From assembly GCA_964016885.1 (NCBI GenBank), contig OZ024741.1:89032001-89096000 (forward strand): a DNA stretch of 64,000 nucleotides, read 5' to 3'. A program made the position numbers and the translations under genes. The stretch is from Eledone cirrhosa. Taxonomy: Eukaryota. The notes beneath the pieces were generated by a model, which saw nothing but the letters and a program-made list of their open reading frames with translations, ran no database searches and was not told the DNA's origin. How positions within the stretch are numbered: position 1 is the stretch's first letter; every line of letters begins with the position of its first letter. Positions 13,072-28,090 of this stretch are shown in pieces.

Positions 13072-16000
13072 AAACTTGGTAATTCGGCCCTCACTTTTTC
13101 CCTACTCTTGGAGCAGTATTAAGCTTGACATTCAAAACCTTCTGCAAACAATCAATTATAAGATCTGCCAGGTCTGACCATATTTCTTCCCATTTGTTTT
13201 CCTTGCTTCAATATTTTTAGTACAATTTATTGAAACTTATCCATGAAATACAATAAAATTGGGGGGGGGGGAGAGGGTTATCAAAAGTCAAAACGGAATT
13301 TAGCATTTGAAATATAAAATTTGCCCCACCACACATTTTGTACCAATTCACCACATATCACACTAATCATCATCATCGTCATCGTTTAATGTCCATTTTT
13401 CCACGCTAGCATGAGTTAGACGAGTCGTACCGTTGTGAGTCAAGCCAGGTCAGATGACCCCCGTCTTGCTCATACAGAACTGCTTTTCGCTTGGTTTCTA
13501 CCGCTGGATGCCCTTTCTAACACCAACCACATTTACAGAGTAGGCTGGGCACTTTTTGTTGTGTCACCTATACGACCACTTTACAGCGTGTGCTAGGGAT
13601 TTGGGTAAGGGGTGTGTGGGGATTGGGGAGGTAGATCTAGCAACGTGGGTGTGAATAAGAAAGAAGAAAAACAATGTTCTGTCTAGCAAGCTGATATATT
13701 AGTTATCTATGTTCTTACACAGAACAGCTTTAATCGCTCCTCAATACATTTTGAATACCCGTGCAGTCTGGGGAGATGGCCATAACTGAACCTTAAAACC
13801 TAAAAGAGCGCTTTCTTGTTCTGTGTTTGAACATAGATAAATAATAATTTAAAAAATGAAGTTAAAGTCTGTTCTAAGCAGAAGGCTCATTAAGCCGGTG
13901 CTTGTTCCATGTTTTCTTGGCTTTAAGCGACTGAGAGTACAAAATTCCCCCCTGGACAGGACGTCAGTCGATCGCTACTGCTGGTACTCACTCACAGCTG
14001 AATGTACTGAAACAACTTTAAATAAAGTATTTTGCTCAAGAACGCAATGCATCACACTGTCCAAAAATTGAACCGGCGATATTATGATCGTAAAACCAGC
14101 ATCCTAACCATTGAGCCATCCATATAAATAATACAGCAAATGGTGGTGAGGACGGGATTTATTTTAAAAATTTACTGTTTATGTTGGCTTACCTTTGTGT
14201 CAAAAATACTACATGTGCTTACATGATAAATGTTAAAAGACCTAAAATACTCACATTTTAAAATAAGTAATTACAAATGCTTCTCAGACTCATTCATCAC
14301 GCTTTCACCCGATCAATTTTTCAATGAAATGCTTTTGTCTAATATATAGTGTTTTTCTGTACTATCCGCGAGCTTTGTTACATTATTATTTTAATCGTGT
14401 GGCCCACTGTACGAGACAAATGTGCCCAATACTTAACTGATACTTAATTTATTGGCTCCTGAAGGATTAAATATAACTTGAATATATATAGGCAAGCTTT
14501 CAGCTTGGATTTAAAATGTTGCAAGGTATCTCGTCCGCCCGCCACATCTATGATTCTGCTTTAACCGACACTTACGTAGTAAGTAAAGTATTTTATGAAA
14601 GAAATCAAAATGTTAATCAATGAAAATATTAAGATGGATTTGAACGAGAAGAGTTGGATATTTTTTCTTTATTTATTTATTAGAAAATATGAATACATGT
14701 AGCGTGGTGAAATTTTCATAGTTCACTTATGAAATGGTGTTTGTGTATGGAGAGAGAAAGAGAGAGAGAATGAAAGAGATGGTGTGTCGAAACAGTAGCC
14801 GTATTTTATTTTGTAATAGTATAAATATTAAGTATCTAATAAGACTTCGTCGATTACACCGTACAGCAATCTTATTTACAGACACTGTATCTCTTTATGC
14901 CTATATCACTGTGTGTATTTCTCTCTCTCTTCACCCCTCTCTTTCTCTCTGTATATATATATATATATATAAGTGTATGTGTATACCACACACACACACA
15001 CATATATATATACTTATATACAGCTACGTAATATCCAGTTCGAAAAAAGACCAGTAAATTTCATATTTTCATTGATGCACAAGATCGAGTAGAAAACAGA
15101 TCTTTACTCACACATATACATGCAGACATACATACCACCACCACATTTATTCTATTTCAAAATCAAGTGTTTCGAGCTAACCAGATTTGATTGACAGATA
15201 TACTAAACATAGCTTTCAAATCTCCTTATGATTGAGTAGAAAATATCTAAAAACTGGTTTGGTAATTTAAATCAATATAAAAATTTGCAGTATTACAATA
15301 AAGACTTTAATTTCTAATGCGATGCAATTAGAGTGCTGTTTTATACTTTTCTAGAACGTCTCGATCTCTACTGGTAAGGTAACCTTGTACAACTTGTTGC
15401 ATGGTCGGGTCGTCGCCGAGTAAATCGGCATCTCCTCAAAGCCTATTTCGTGACGAAGGTATGATTTTTAGACATCCTGTAAGCATGAAAAAAAAAATCT
15501 GTCAAAAGACAGAAGAACTCATAAAAGTCAAGGGCCATCCAATAGTGTGTATATATGCTTGTACATACATGATTAAGTACCTTGTAGTGATGGAGTGGCT
15601 TGCGTGCTCTTGACCCGGATGACTATACTGGCGGGAATCTGACTCCAGGTAAGTTCAACTATGCCAGACAAGCTAAAAGGTAGGAGCCAGTCAAAACATT
15701 AATCGTAAGAGGATTAAACTTCAATAAAAAAAAAATCCCACCCTGGGGTAACAGTGTGATAGATGTGTGGTTTCAGTGGATGAACTAGATTTACGTCAAC
15801 AGTGATTCATACTAAATACTGAGCGGAAGAACTTCATGTCAATGGTCAAGATTAAGTGAAAGACTTGTAGCACGCATTGACGCGTAGCATCAGATGTATG
15901 TATCAATGCACAATCGAAGCTCATTGTCGTAGGCGACTTGGCAGTTGGCATAGGTAGATAAAATGCCTTGCTATTGTGGTTTCATTTGGTATAAGTAGAA

Positions 16001-18479
16001 TTAAACTACACCCTACTAGATACTCTCATGGCTATGTCTAGAAAATAATTGTTCATATTATATCGAATTTACAAGATTCGTTTTTTTATTTTTATTTTTC
16101 ACAAGAAAGGCAATAAATCCACTAAAATGGAAGGAGTTACTGAGAAGGGAAAGGACAAGACAGAAAGAAAAAAATTAATGGAGAGAGATGACGATTGATA
16201 TTGCTTTTGAATTTTTGCAAATTGTAGTGGTTAGGAAAGCAAGGCGAGATGTGTGAGGGAAGAAACTATCAGAATAGAATTTGCGATTACATTTGGGAAC
16301 TTCAATGTAAATGATAAAATAATGTAGTCCTGGATATAAGATAATATGGTCTTAAATACAGGCGTTTATAAAATAGATGGACCATTTTGACATTGGGAAG
16401 AGGAGAGATAATACGTTTCGAGCAGAACACTTCGTCGGAGAGAGATGAAATGTTTACTACAGTATTTATAATTCTAAGTAAGGACATATGAATTCAAAGT
16501 GAGACTTTACCAATTCAAGGTGAAATTAAATATTTCAAAATGAGACTTTACAACTTAAAAGTGTGAATAACGATTTCTAAATGAGATTAACACAAAAGAT
16601 TTGACTATGATATTTTGAGAGACAAACAGAGCATGAAATAACATTGTAACATCGTTTGTAATGTCAACAATGTGAACTTACCTGGTTAATTATAAGTTTT
16701 TACCCGCCTAATAATGAGGCAAAAAACTAATCATGTGGCTGTAATATCTTCCAGTATTTTTTAGGTATAGGTAGAGTAATGTCGCTGATCTATACTCATA
16801 ATCTATAAACTGTGAGCAACGTTAAATATGTGTCTTCTTTGTTCAATATTCACTTGATGCTGTTTATCTAAGCATTCTAAAAACACTGTTCAAAGAATAA
16901 ACTGTTTAATTCTTAAACGGTTAGGTCCTACACTATGACAGAAAAAAATACATTTGTACAACGATTTTAGAAAGCCGCACATTCGGTCAGACTTTATCAA
17001 TTCAATAAGTCTGAAACATTTTGGGCCACTCCCCATCCCTCACGGCCACGTAATACCCTCAGCCCCCCCCCCCCCTATTTCCAGAATGACCTGCCTACAC
17101 GCAAATTGTAAATAATATATGATAAATAAAATCGTTAATTTATATATAATAAATATAATATATACTGTGTATAAATAAATATCATATATTTTTGCTCTAC
17201 ATGGCTGAATACAATAAATGTAATCTGAGTTTTTCGAATATTAATAATAATATTCGATTCGTTTGCAATTATGCAAACAAGCCTCATTTTTAAAGCCATG
17301 TCAGTAGAATGAGCCCCTCATTCTTGCTCTTGTGTTGGCATGTAAACAGAACTGCAGACACTAATGTTTCTGCAGTACAGTTCACTGTTCACCTGCCAAC
17401 TGTCTGAGTTAGTGAAAAAATATATTTTCTAAAATATACAGTGACTGATCGGCCTGATTTGCATATTAGCAGACTGGCTGATCAGTCAGATTTGCATATT
17501 AGCAGTTTTTCGAATATTATTATTAATATATCATATATTTTTTATTTTACTATATTTATATATATGTATCATTTGATATTTAATATACTATTATATCATC
17601 TCCACGCCCCCACTTAGGCCCTAACGCCTCCTGGGCCTTCTCAACGCCCAATGGGGGTGGGGGTGGGCGTAGCGCCTACTTTGAGAACCTCTGCAATAAG
17701 TCCATAGAAGACAAGTTATTAAAATTGTCATTAAGAAAGAACGGTCTTTCCGTTTTGTTTTGTTGTGTTATTGTCCAGCTGATGATGTCTCGCCACTAAA
17801 TTTGCTCTGTATTCTCGTATTCTTAGCTAATTAAACCAAATAAGCTTAGGTTGTATTTAAGTGACATGAGCTCACTATGAAGTAGCTGTTCTCACTTTGA
17901 AGTGATACATGTTCATCTTGTAATCTGTTCTTACTTTGACCTGATATGTGCGTACTTTAAAGTTGTTATTCTCACTTTGAACCGATATGTTCTCAGTTAG
18001 AGTTACAAATACGATAGAACAGAAAAAAAAAAGAAAAAAAGAAGGAAAAAAGAAAACCAAGCAACTAAAATTACAGTGATCACTTGCAATCGAGTATGAC
18101 TTGGTAACGAGTACCAGGTTTCCGCTAATGGTTTTAGGTGCCTACGCAGTCGTAAGCAAACATATACACCCTCTCAACGCTGCCTCCTTTGATCCAGTAG
18201 AACACAACAGAATGTGACAACGGAAAGGAAAAGTAAAAAAAAAGAGAGGGCTGTACCAGGATTGGGCTTGTATTTTGTTCATTGAAATCAAAAGGAGGAA
18301 AGACAAAGTGGATATCGTTGGGATTTGAACTCTGAACGAAGATATTCGGAACAAAATATCCGATATGCTAACGACTCAGCCAAAATTGACCACTTTAATG
18401 TATATTGTACGAGTAGTAAATAAACGATAATGGATACTCCATTTGTTTTAATGATGAGCATTCAGTTGTTCAATCAACT

Positions 18480-19452
18480 CTTTCTTACTCTCTCTCTCTC
18501 TTCTTTATTATCTCTTTTTACCCCCTCTCTTTCTTACTCTTTCTCTCTCTCTCTTATCTTTCTCTTTCTTACTCTCTCTCTCTCTTCTTTATTATCTCTT
18601 TTTACCCCCTCTCTTTCTTACTCTTTATCTCTCTCTTCTTTATCTCTCTTTTTTACGCCCTCTCTTTCTTACTCTCTCTCTCTCTTATCTTTCTCTTTCT
18701 TACTCTCCCTCTCTCTTCTTTATTATCTCTTTTTACCCCCTCTCTTTCTTACTCTTTATCTCTCTCTTCTTTATCTCTCTTTTTTACTCCCTCTCTTTCT
18801 TACTCTCTCTCTCTCTCTTATCTTTCTCTTTCTTACTCTCCCTCTCTCTTCTTTATTATCTCTTTTTACCCCCTCTCTTTCTTACTCTTTCTCTCTCTCT
18901 CTTCTTTATCTCTCTTTTTTACGCCCTCTCTTTCTTACTCTCTCTCTCTCTTATCTTTCTCTTTCTTACTCTCCCTCTCTCTTCTTTATTATCTCTTTTT
19001 ACCCCCTCTCTTTCTTACTCTTTCTCTCTCTCTTCTTTATCTCTCTTTTTTACGCCCTCTCTTTCTTACTCTCTCTCTCTCTTATCTTTCTCCTTCTTAC
19101 TCTCCCTCTCTCTTCTTTATTATCTCTTTTTACCCCCTCTCTTTCTTACTCTTTCTCTCTCTCTTTTTTATCTCTCTTTTTTACGCCCTCTCTTTCTTAC
19201 TCTCTCTCTCTTATCTTTCTCTTTCTTACTCTCTCTCTCTCTTCTTTATTATCTCTTTTTACCCCCTCTCTTTCTTACTCTTTCTCTCTCTCTTCTTTAT
19301 CTCTCTTTTTTACGCCCTCTCTTTCTTACTCTCTCTCTCTTATCTTTCTCTTTCTTACTCTCTCTCTCTTCTTTATTATCTCTTTTTACCCCCTCTCTTT
19401 CTTACTCTCTCTCTCTCTCTTCTTTATCTCTCTTTTTTACGCCCTCTCTTTC
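18480..19452. repeat. CT-rich minisatellite
   Basis: Recurring subunits ctttcttactctctctctcttctttattatctctttttaccccct. Explains ORF 18430-19494. Confidence 0.92.
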
Positions 19453-19873
19453 GTATTATCTCTCTCGTTATTACTCTTCATTGCTGTTTCTTAATTTCTC
19501 TGTTAATCTTTCTTTTTACTCTTCCTCTCACTCTTTCTGCCCCCTCTCTCTCTCTCTTTATCACACACACACACTCTCTCTGTCTTTCTCTTTCTTACAC
19601 TCTTGTTCAGTTAAAATACACTTAATTTTCATAATCTCCCCCCCCCCTCTCTATATATATCTGTTCTGTTATTCTTTGATTCTACTTTCTTTCGTTCTTT
19701 CTTTTTCTTACTTTTGACATACATCTCTTTTCTTTCCCTGATGTACTACCCCCACTCTCTCTTTCTCTCTCGCTCTCGCTCTCCACCTCTCTCTCTCTCT
19801 TACTCTCTCCATCTCTCTCATTGTTTACTCCTGGGAGGTCGCATCTTTTTCATTCATACTCCTCATATACCTC

Positions 19874-19912
<39 letters not shown>

Positions 19913-20202
19913 TCATTTTATCAGCCACCCTACCCCTCATTCCCTAACATAGCCCCTTTTCTATCCTATATTATCGCTCTATAAAAACACTAAAGTGCAT
20001 TATGTCACACTCTCCTTATTTCTCCACCTTTTCACACTTATTCCGTTGCCCCACCATCATTCATTCACCTTGTTTCTCCTGTTTTTCTCATTCAACTCAA
20101 CTGACATAGTCTATCTATCTATCTAGCTATCTATATTCACAGGCGCGCGCGCATATGTATTTATGTATGTATACATATCTATTTCTCTCTCCCCCCTCCA
20201 TT

Positions 20203-20575
<373 letters not shown>

Positions 20576-20576
<1 letters not shown>

Positions 20577-20735
20577 GGAAAAGAGTCAGGACCCCGACGA
20601 CTGAGCTCCGGCCGTTTCGACAGCTAGATCCGAACTGACTCTTTTCCTATTACCCATTCTACTACCCTAAGTATCGAGTACTCTTGTGCGTTATGGTCCA
20701 CCTGGCATCTTACCACACTTTCTTTGTTTTATATA
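20576..20735 (+). mobile_element. Family B element with an internal deletion in one arm
   Basis: Near-identical to 45385-45572 but missing the gtcgaaac...ggggtcc segment. TA-flanked. Confidence 0.78.
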
Positions 20736-23299
20736 TATATATATCCAAAGAAAGCCCTGGACAGATTGGTATGACCTTCTGGCTCACAGATGTGACCTCT
20801 CCTTACTTTCCTACCTTTATTACTGTGGTCTCTGTTTCTCAGAGCTTGCACCTTTCCTGCTATCTCTAGCTAATCACTGGTAGTATGACGATTTTCGCTA
20901 GCGATCATTTAACGTGCAGTTTCACTCTGCTTGGGAAGTTCTAAATCTAATTTTGTGCAATAAGTTTATATTTTGTGTCAAATAGTACATGCGTTTACAT
21001 GGTAGATGGCGATTAAAAGATTTTAAACGCTCATAAAATGTTTAAAATAAGCCTTGTAAATGCTTCTCAGACTCAGAATATTCCGAGGGAAGGGTAAAGT
21101 TGAATAAATCAGCCCTAGCATTTGATTGGTATTTTATTTGATCAAATCCAGAACGATGTAAGTCAAAGTTGACCGCGGCGGGGTTTGAACTCAGAGTGCA
21201 GTGAACTGGAACAAAGACCGAGTGATTTTTAATGTGGTGCCCTAATGACTGTTAAAGTCGCCGCCGAACGAAATATTATGAAACCTAAATTCTAATTTAC
21301 GTCAGGCTTCCTAAACTCAAGGACTCAAAAGAGCCATTACATCCTGAGGGGATGCGGAGGATTCCCACCAGTTATAATGCTAATCTGTAATACAGCTGAT
21401 AAGATATTTTTTTTTTTTTCCATAAAAAAGAATACGCTTATGATAGTAAGTCGGATATGTGAACTAGTACAAAGTGTAGGGGAAGAAATTTCCCGTTTCA
21501 ACTTTTCCATAATAAGTCATGAAAATTGTTCTACCGTGAGACATAGTTTACAGGCTGCATACGGCCCGTGGCCTGCGTGTTTGCTATGGCTGTCACATAT
21601 ACCTGACGGAATAATACTTACTTCTTATCGGATTGGCAGTATCGGTAGAAGGGTCTGACGCCATGCTTTGCAGCAAAGAATTATGACCCTTTATGGTCTG
21701 AGTTCAAATCCCGCCGAGGTCAACTTTGCCTTTCATCCTTATGGGGTCGATAAAATAAAGTACCAGTAATGCACTGGGATAATTGCTGGCCTTGTGTCAA
21801 AAAGTAGAAACAATTATCTAGCTTAACCCATCCCTTATATTATATTATTCACCTTTTTCTCTTTCAAACTCTTCATTAACCCTGTCCTGACTGTATAGCT
21901 AATGAAATACACTTTATTTCGATTAATTAATGAAGAATTTTGTGAGATCTACTAAAATTATTAATCATTTCTTTACTAAGATAGTAACTTACCATATACG
22001 AGACATGTTGAATAAGTAATGAGAACATTTCAGTTGTCTGAACAACTAAAAAGTCTACTCCTGAAATTAACGTGTAAGTGGCTCAGCCTTTTACTTATAT
22101 CTGTTCCCTTAACGTAGTTCTTAGCAAGTGTCTTGCCTAAGGATACAATACGCCGCTCGGGCTGGGAATGGAACTCGCGATCCTGGGCCTAGCACCCTAA
22201 CAATTAAACTACCCACATTCACAAAAGATTGATAAACAGGTAAATCTGAGTGTGTATAATTATCATCTGACCGTCGATATATAGCCAGATGAGCACTTTC
22301 GAATCATATTGTATACACATTACTCCTTTTAATTTACAAAATCTCTCAATGTCATGAAAAACCATTGACATGAAGGTCGGACGCCATGCTTTTCAGCATA
22401 GAGTTACGTCCCTTTACGTCCTGAGTTCAAATCCCGCCGAGGTCAACTTTGCCTTTCATCCTTACGGGGTCAATAAAATAAAGTACCAGTAATGCACTGG
22501 ATAATTGCTGGCCTTGTGCCTAAAATAGAAACAATTATATAAAAATAATTGAGTAGTATCTAATAAAAACAAAACACACTATTAAAGAACAGAAAAGAAA
22601 GAAGAAAGAAAATGAAAAGGAGAAAAAGAAAGAAGGATCAAGAAACAAAAAAGAAAAGGAGAGGGGGAAGAGGAGAGATACTCACTACGCTTCAGCCTGA
22701 GCGGTGCCTCAGCCGCGCCCCGCGGACAAAAAGGGTAAAAGCATTAGCTCGGGAAATGGCCAGAGACACCCGCTGCAACATTCACAGGGCTCTCTCCTTC
22801 CTCTGCAATCCCATTTTCTCTATTACTCTCTTTCTCTCTCAAGTACAATATAGATCCTTCCATACATACATACAATACACACACATATACACACACCTAC
22901 ACACCCACACGTACACGCACACACACGCGCATATCCGCTATGTTGTTATTTTATTGATGGCTGCAGAGTGAGAAGTCGGGTAGCTGTTGTTTAGCCCAAA
23001 GCCAACCGTCCTGGTCAAGTAGACCTACGATCAAAATCATTCCAGCCGTGACTATTCCGCCTTTTTCTTATGTGCAGTGATAGCAAGACTACATTATCCA
23101 AAGCATCCTTTTCACAGACGACAGAATGTAATGAAAGGCAGATGTGGCTGCTATTTCTAGCAGCTCAAGGTATTACGCAGAGGCTCCTGGTGGTGGTGGT
23201 GTTTAGCTGATATCGTTGCGGTTGTTGTTGTTGTTGGTGGTGTTGGTGATGGAGAGTCGTTGATGGGGGTGTTGATAGGGGGGGTGTTGATGTTTGCGT

Positions 23300-23970
23300 T
23301 GGTGTTAGTAGTGTTGTTGATGTTAGCGTTAGAGGTGGTAGTGTTGCTGATGTAGGCGGTGGTGGTGGTAGTGTTGCTGATGTAGGCGTTGGTGGTGGTA
23401 GTGTTGCTGATGTAGGCGTTGGTGGTGGTAGTGTTGCTGATGCAGGCGTTGGTGGTGGTGGTGGTGGTGGTAGTGTTGCTGATGTAGGCGTTGGTGGTGG
23501 TGGTGGTGGCGTTGGTGGTGGTAGTGTTGCTAATGTAGGCGTTGGTGGTAGTGGTAGTGTTGCTGATGTAGGTGGTGGTGGTGGTGGCGTTGGTGGTGGT
23601 AGTGTTGCTAATGTAGGCGTTGGTGGTGGTGATAGTGTTGCTGATGTAGGTGGTGGTGGTGGTGGTAGTGTTGCTGATGTAGGCGTTGGTGGTGGTGGTG
23701 GTGGTGGCGGCGTTGGTGGTGATAGTGTTGCTGATGTAGGCGTTGGTGGTGGTGGTGGTGGTGGCGGCGTTGGTGGTGATAGTGTTGCTGATGTAGGCGT
23801 TGGTGGTGGTGGTAGTGTTGCTGATGTAGGTGGTGGTGGTGGTGGCGTTGGTGGTGGTAGTGTTGCTAATGTAGGCGTTGGTGGTGGTGATAGTGTTGCT
23901 GATGTAGGTGGTGGTGGTGGTGGTGGTGGTGATATTGGAGGTGGTGGTGGTGTTGTTGTTGGTGGTGGTA
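23300..23970. repeat. (GGT)n-based minisatellite
   Basis: Unit gtagtgttgctgatgtaggcgttggtggtg with variable GGT runs. Confidence 0.92.
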
Positions 23971-24379
23971 ACAACCACCTTTCTATCCTCTACATTTGTG
24001 TCAAACCGTGTGAATAGATTGTTCCGGAAGCGGCACGAGCGGCGCACGTGAACCACCACCCACGGGTCCCCACAGAGATGATGTAAAGTAAATAAGTGTA
24101 AGCACACACCATTTCTTGTTTGCTTTGCTCTCTCTCTTCTCTTCGCTTTCTCTCCATTGGCAACATGAAGAGGCCGGTGAGGGCGGTGTCGGTGGTGGTG
24201 ACGGTAGCAACGATGGTGTTGGTGGTGGTGGTGGTGGTGGTGGAACGCATGATGATGATGACGATGGTGGTAGTGGTGGTGGTGTATGTTGGTGGTACAA
24301 CTGCTGGTTGTGGTGTAGTGAATGCTGTTGTTATTGTTGTCGGTGGTGGTGATGTTGGCGCTGGTGATGGAGGTCTAGT

Positions 24380-26372
24380 GCTGGTTGTGGTGGTAGTGGT
24401 TGTGATACTGATGGTGGTAGTGGTGGTGGTGGTGATACTAGTGGTGTTGGTGGTGGCGGCTGTAGTGGTGGTGATACTGGTGGTGCTGTTGTTGTTGGTG
24501 ATGGTGGTGGCTGTAGTGGTGGTGATACTGGTGGTGCTGTTGTTGTTGTTGGTGGTGGTGGTGGTGACTGTAGTGGTGGTGCTGTTGTTGTTGTTGGTGG
24601 TGGTGGTGGCTGTAGTGGTGGTGATACTGGTGGTGCTGTTGTTGTTGGTGGTGGTGGCTGTAGTGGTGGTGATACTGGTGGTGCTGTTGTTGTTGTTGGT
24701 GGTGGCTGTAGTGGTGGTGCTGTTGTTGTTGGTGGTGGTGGTGGTGGCTGTAGTGGTGGTGCTGTTGTTGTTGTTGGTGGTGGTGGTGGCTGTAGTGGTG
24801 GTGATACTGGTGGTGCTGTTGTTGTTGTTGGTGGTGGTGATACTGGTGGTGCTGTTGTTGTTGTTGGTGGTGGTGGTGGTGGCTGTAGTGGTGGTGATAC
24901 TGGTGGTGCTGTTGTTGTTGTTGGTGGTGGTGGCTGTAGTGGTGGTGATACTGGTGGTGCTGTTGTTGTTGTTGGTGGTGGTGGTGGCTGTAGTGGTGGT
25001 GCTGTTGTTGTTGTTGGTGGTGGTGGTGGCTGTAGTGGTGGTGATACTGGTGGTGCTGTTGTTGTTGTTGGTGGTGGTGGTGGTGGTGGCTGTAGTGGTG
25101 GTGCTGTTGTTGTTGGTGGTGGTGGTGGTGGTGCTGTTGTTGTTGTTGGTGGTGGTGGTGGCTGTAGTGGTGGTGATACTGGTGGTGCTGTTGTTGTTGG
25201 TGGTGGTGGTGGTGGCTGTAGTGGTGGTGATACTGGTGGTGCTGTTGTTGTTGTTGGTGGTGGTGGTGGCTGTAGTGGTGGTGCTGTTGTTGTTGGTGGT
25301 GGTGGTGGTGGCTGTAGTGGTGGTGATACTGGTGGTGCTGTTGTTGTTGGTGGCGGTGGTGGCTGTAGTGGTGGTGCTGTTGTTGTTGTTGGTGGTGGTG
25401 GTGGCTGTAGTGGTGGTGCTGTTGTTGTTGTTGGTGGTGGTGGTGGCTGTAGTGGTGGTGATACTGGTGGTGCTGTTGTTGTTGGTGGCGGTGGTGGCTG
25501 TAGTGGTGGTGATACTGGTGGTGCTGTTGTTGTTGGTGGTGGTGGTGGTGGCTGTAGTGGTGGTGATACTGGTGGTGCTGTTGTTGTTGTTGGTGGTGGT
25601 GGTGGCTGTAGTGGTGGTGATACTGGTGGTGCTGTTGTTGTTGTTGGTGGTGGTGGTGGCTGTAGTGGTGGTGATACTGGTGGTGCTGTTGTTGTTGTTG
25701 GTGGTGGTGGTGGCTGTAGTGGTGGTGCTGTTGTTGTTGTTGGTGGTGGTGGTGGCTGTAGTGGTGGTGATACTGGTGGTGCTGTTGTTGTTGTTGGTGG
25801 TGGTGGTGGCTGTAGTGGTGGTGATACTGGTGGTGCTGTTGTTGTTGGTGATGGTGGTGGCTGTAGTGGTGGTGATACTGGTGGTGCTGTTGTTGTTGTT
25901 GGTGGTGGTGGTGGCTGTAGTGGTGGTGATACTGGTGGTGCTGTTGTTGTTGTTGGTGGTGGTGGTGGCTGTAGTGGTGGTGATACTGGTGGTGCTGTTG
26001 TTGTTGTTGGTGGTGGTGGTGGCTGTAGTGGTGGTGATACTGGTGGTGCTGTTGTTGTTGGTGATGGTGGTGGCTGTAGTGGTGGTGATACTGCTGGTGC
26101 TGTTGTTGTTGTTGGTGGTGGTGGTGGCTGTAGTGGTGGTGATACTGGTGGTGCTGTTGTTGTTGGTGATGGTGGTGGCTGTAGTGGTGGTGATACTGGT
26201 GGTGCTGTTGTTGTTGGTGGTGGTGGTGGTGGCTGTAGTGGTGGTGATACTGCTGGTGCTGTTGTTGTTGTTGGTGGTGGTGGTGGCTGTAGTGGTGGTG
26301 ATACTGGTGGTGCTGTTGTTGTTGTTGGTGGTGGTGGTGGTGGCTGTAGTGGTGGTGATACTGCTGGTGCTG

Positions 26373-26404
<32 letters not shown>

Positions 26405-26405
26405 A
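24380..26405. repeat. ~2-kb minisatellite with a ~51-57 bp unit built from GGT/GTT triplets
   Basis: Unit ggctgtagtggtggtgatactggtggtgctgttgttgttgttggtggtggt. Explains the 763-aa and 672-aa ORFs. Confidence 0.94.
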
Positions 26406-27289
26406 GACTAGGCTGAGATAGACAAGACGAGAGAGTAAAGGGGCAAGATACACCAAGGTATATGTAACATTGTGTAGTAGGGAGGGGGGGGGAGAAGCAG
26501 GTGAAATGGAGATAAAAAGGAAAGGTGTGAGGTAGAGAGAGAGAGGAGGGAAAGAAGTAGAAAGAAAGATGAAGGTAAATAGGTATAGCTAGCTAGATAG
26601 ATAGATGGAGAAGGAAGAGGGGGGGGCTGGGTGATAAATATATGTAGACACCTATACACATACTCTCGGGTCTCAAATAATAGGGGGGGGGGGGGTAAGC
26701 GGAGGTGTTGGAATAAGCTAGGAAGGTGGGATCCGTAGTTTTTCTAGGTTGTCTCCGTTGATTTTTTAAAAAACCAGAATTAGTCGTTTAGTTTACACGT
26801 TGAGACCCCGGCCCATCCTATATATTTTATAATGTATGGGATTTCTAAGCAATGTACTTTTTTTTTGTCATGTATGTGTTTTAATGTCTAAAGAAAATCA
26901 ATTGTCGCTAGTATGCTTCCACTTAAAATAAAATTTTGTTGGTGGTAGATTAGAAAAATTTAATAAGCGGTGGCGAGATCAGAATATTTGAAAATATAGT
27001 CGCCACAATGCAATTAACTATGATAATAGTTGAATAAATCGGGTAATTCAAATCTCCATTTTCCAAGTGCTTCGCAAGTTAACAAATCACCCCACCCCCC
27101 ACCCCACACACACATGTATTATAAAATATTGATTAACTGGGGTTGCATGAACAACATTCCAATCAAGAATCAATGATAGAATTAGGGCCTAGCACTCCAC
27201 GTCAGATGTATCCTTCCAATTCCGATGTGGTAGACCATCTTTTTCACCCACTTATTTCCGAGAGCGTCGTGGGGGAAGAGTCCTCAAAC

Positions 27290-28090
27290 ACTCCTTCCAG
27301 TGGGTCCTGTCAGAAGCAACAGTCACCAACTGATCTGGCTGGATCCCCTAGCATGACCAGCCAAGCGCATGGTTATCCTCCAACCATCTTTCTCGGAGTC
27401 TACCCCTGAGTTTCCTGCCGGTTGGTTTTGCTCGTAAAATCTATCCAATGATTCTTTCCTGTGATATTCTAATTACATGCCCATAGTATCGGAGCTCAAT
27501 TCGGAGTCGTAGCGGCCCTAAATGGGGTGCCTCTCTGATCTCCAAGCTACACATTCTATCGAGCAAAGTTACTCCAAAGACACTTCGGAGGTACCTCATT
27601 TCGGACGCTAGTATTCACGATCGGATTCTGTCGGTCATTACCCAAGATTCATGACTATAGGTAAGGATTGGCACGAATACCAAATTGAAGATAGCAAGTT
27701 AACCTTTTATATCTACCCCACTTCTTCTGATTACCGAATGCTGAAGCTGGTGCATTACCTTGCCAGCTCCTGCAATTCTTGTTCTTAATTCAGCCTTCTG
27801 CCTTCCATCACTGGTGAATACGACTCAGAGATACTTGAACTTCTGTACCTGCTTCAGTGGAACTCCATTCACATGTAGAGGGCACTGCGCCAGCTTCCTT
27901 TAGAGGACGGGTTTTTGCAGCACTGATTTTCATTCCAGCTATGCAGCACTCAACATCAAACCTATCAAGTGAAAGTCGGAGCTCACCTTCTGTCGAGTTA
28001 AGTAATACCATGTTGTCTGCAAATTCACACTTGCTAGTCGTGAAACCACTCCTAACCGGCTACGCATGTCAATCCTGTTCATTAAAATAA
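27290..28090 (-). mobile_element. RTE-clade LINE fragment (RT C-terminal part), decayed
   Basis: FADNMVLL...LDRFDVECCIAGMKISAAKT and FKYL, then TYSHESW and LRYYGH motifs across frameshifts. Confidence 0.75.

Noticed and set aside
18430-19494. 354-aa Leu/Ser/Phe membrane-like ORF
   Set aside because: CT-rich tandem repeat.
22680-22830. Minus-strand coding exon ending at a GTGAGT donor
   Set aside because: Stops in all three frames. At most a non-coding exon.
23157-24107. Mucin-like Thr-rich and Pro-rich ORFs
   Set aside because: Translation of the (GGT)n minisatellite in several frames.
24120-26456. 763-aa Val/Leu ORF and 672-aa His/Gln ORF
   Set aside because: Translations of a triplet-based minisatellite, open on both strands because the unit lacks stops in those frames. 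No domain or splice support.
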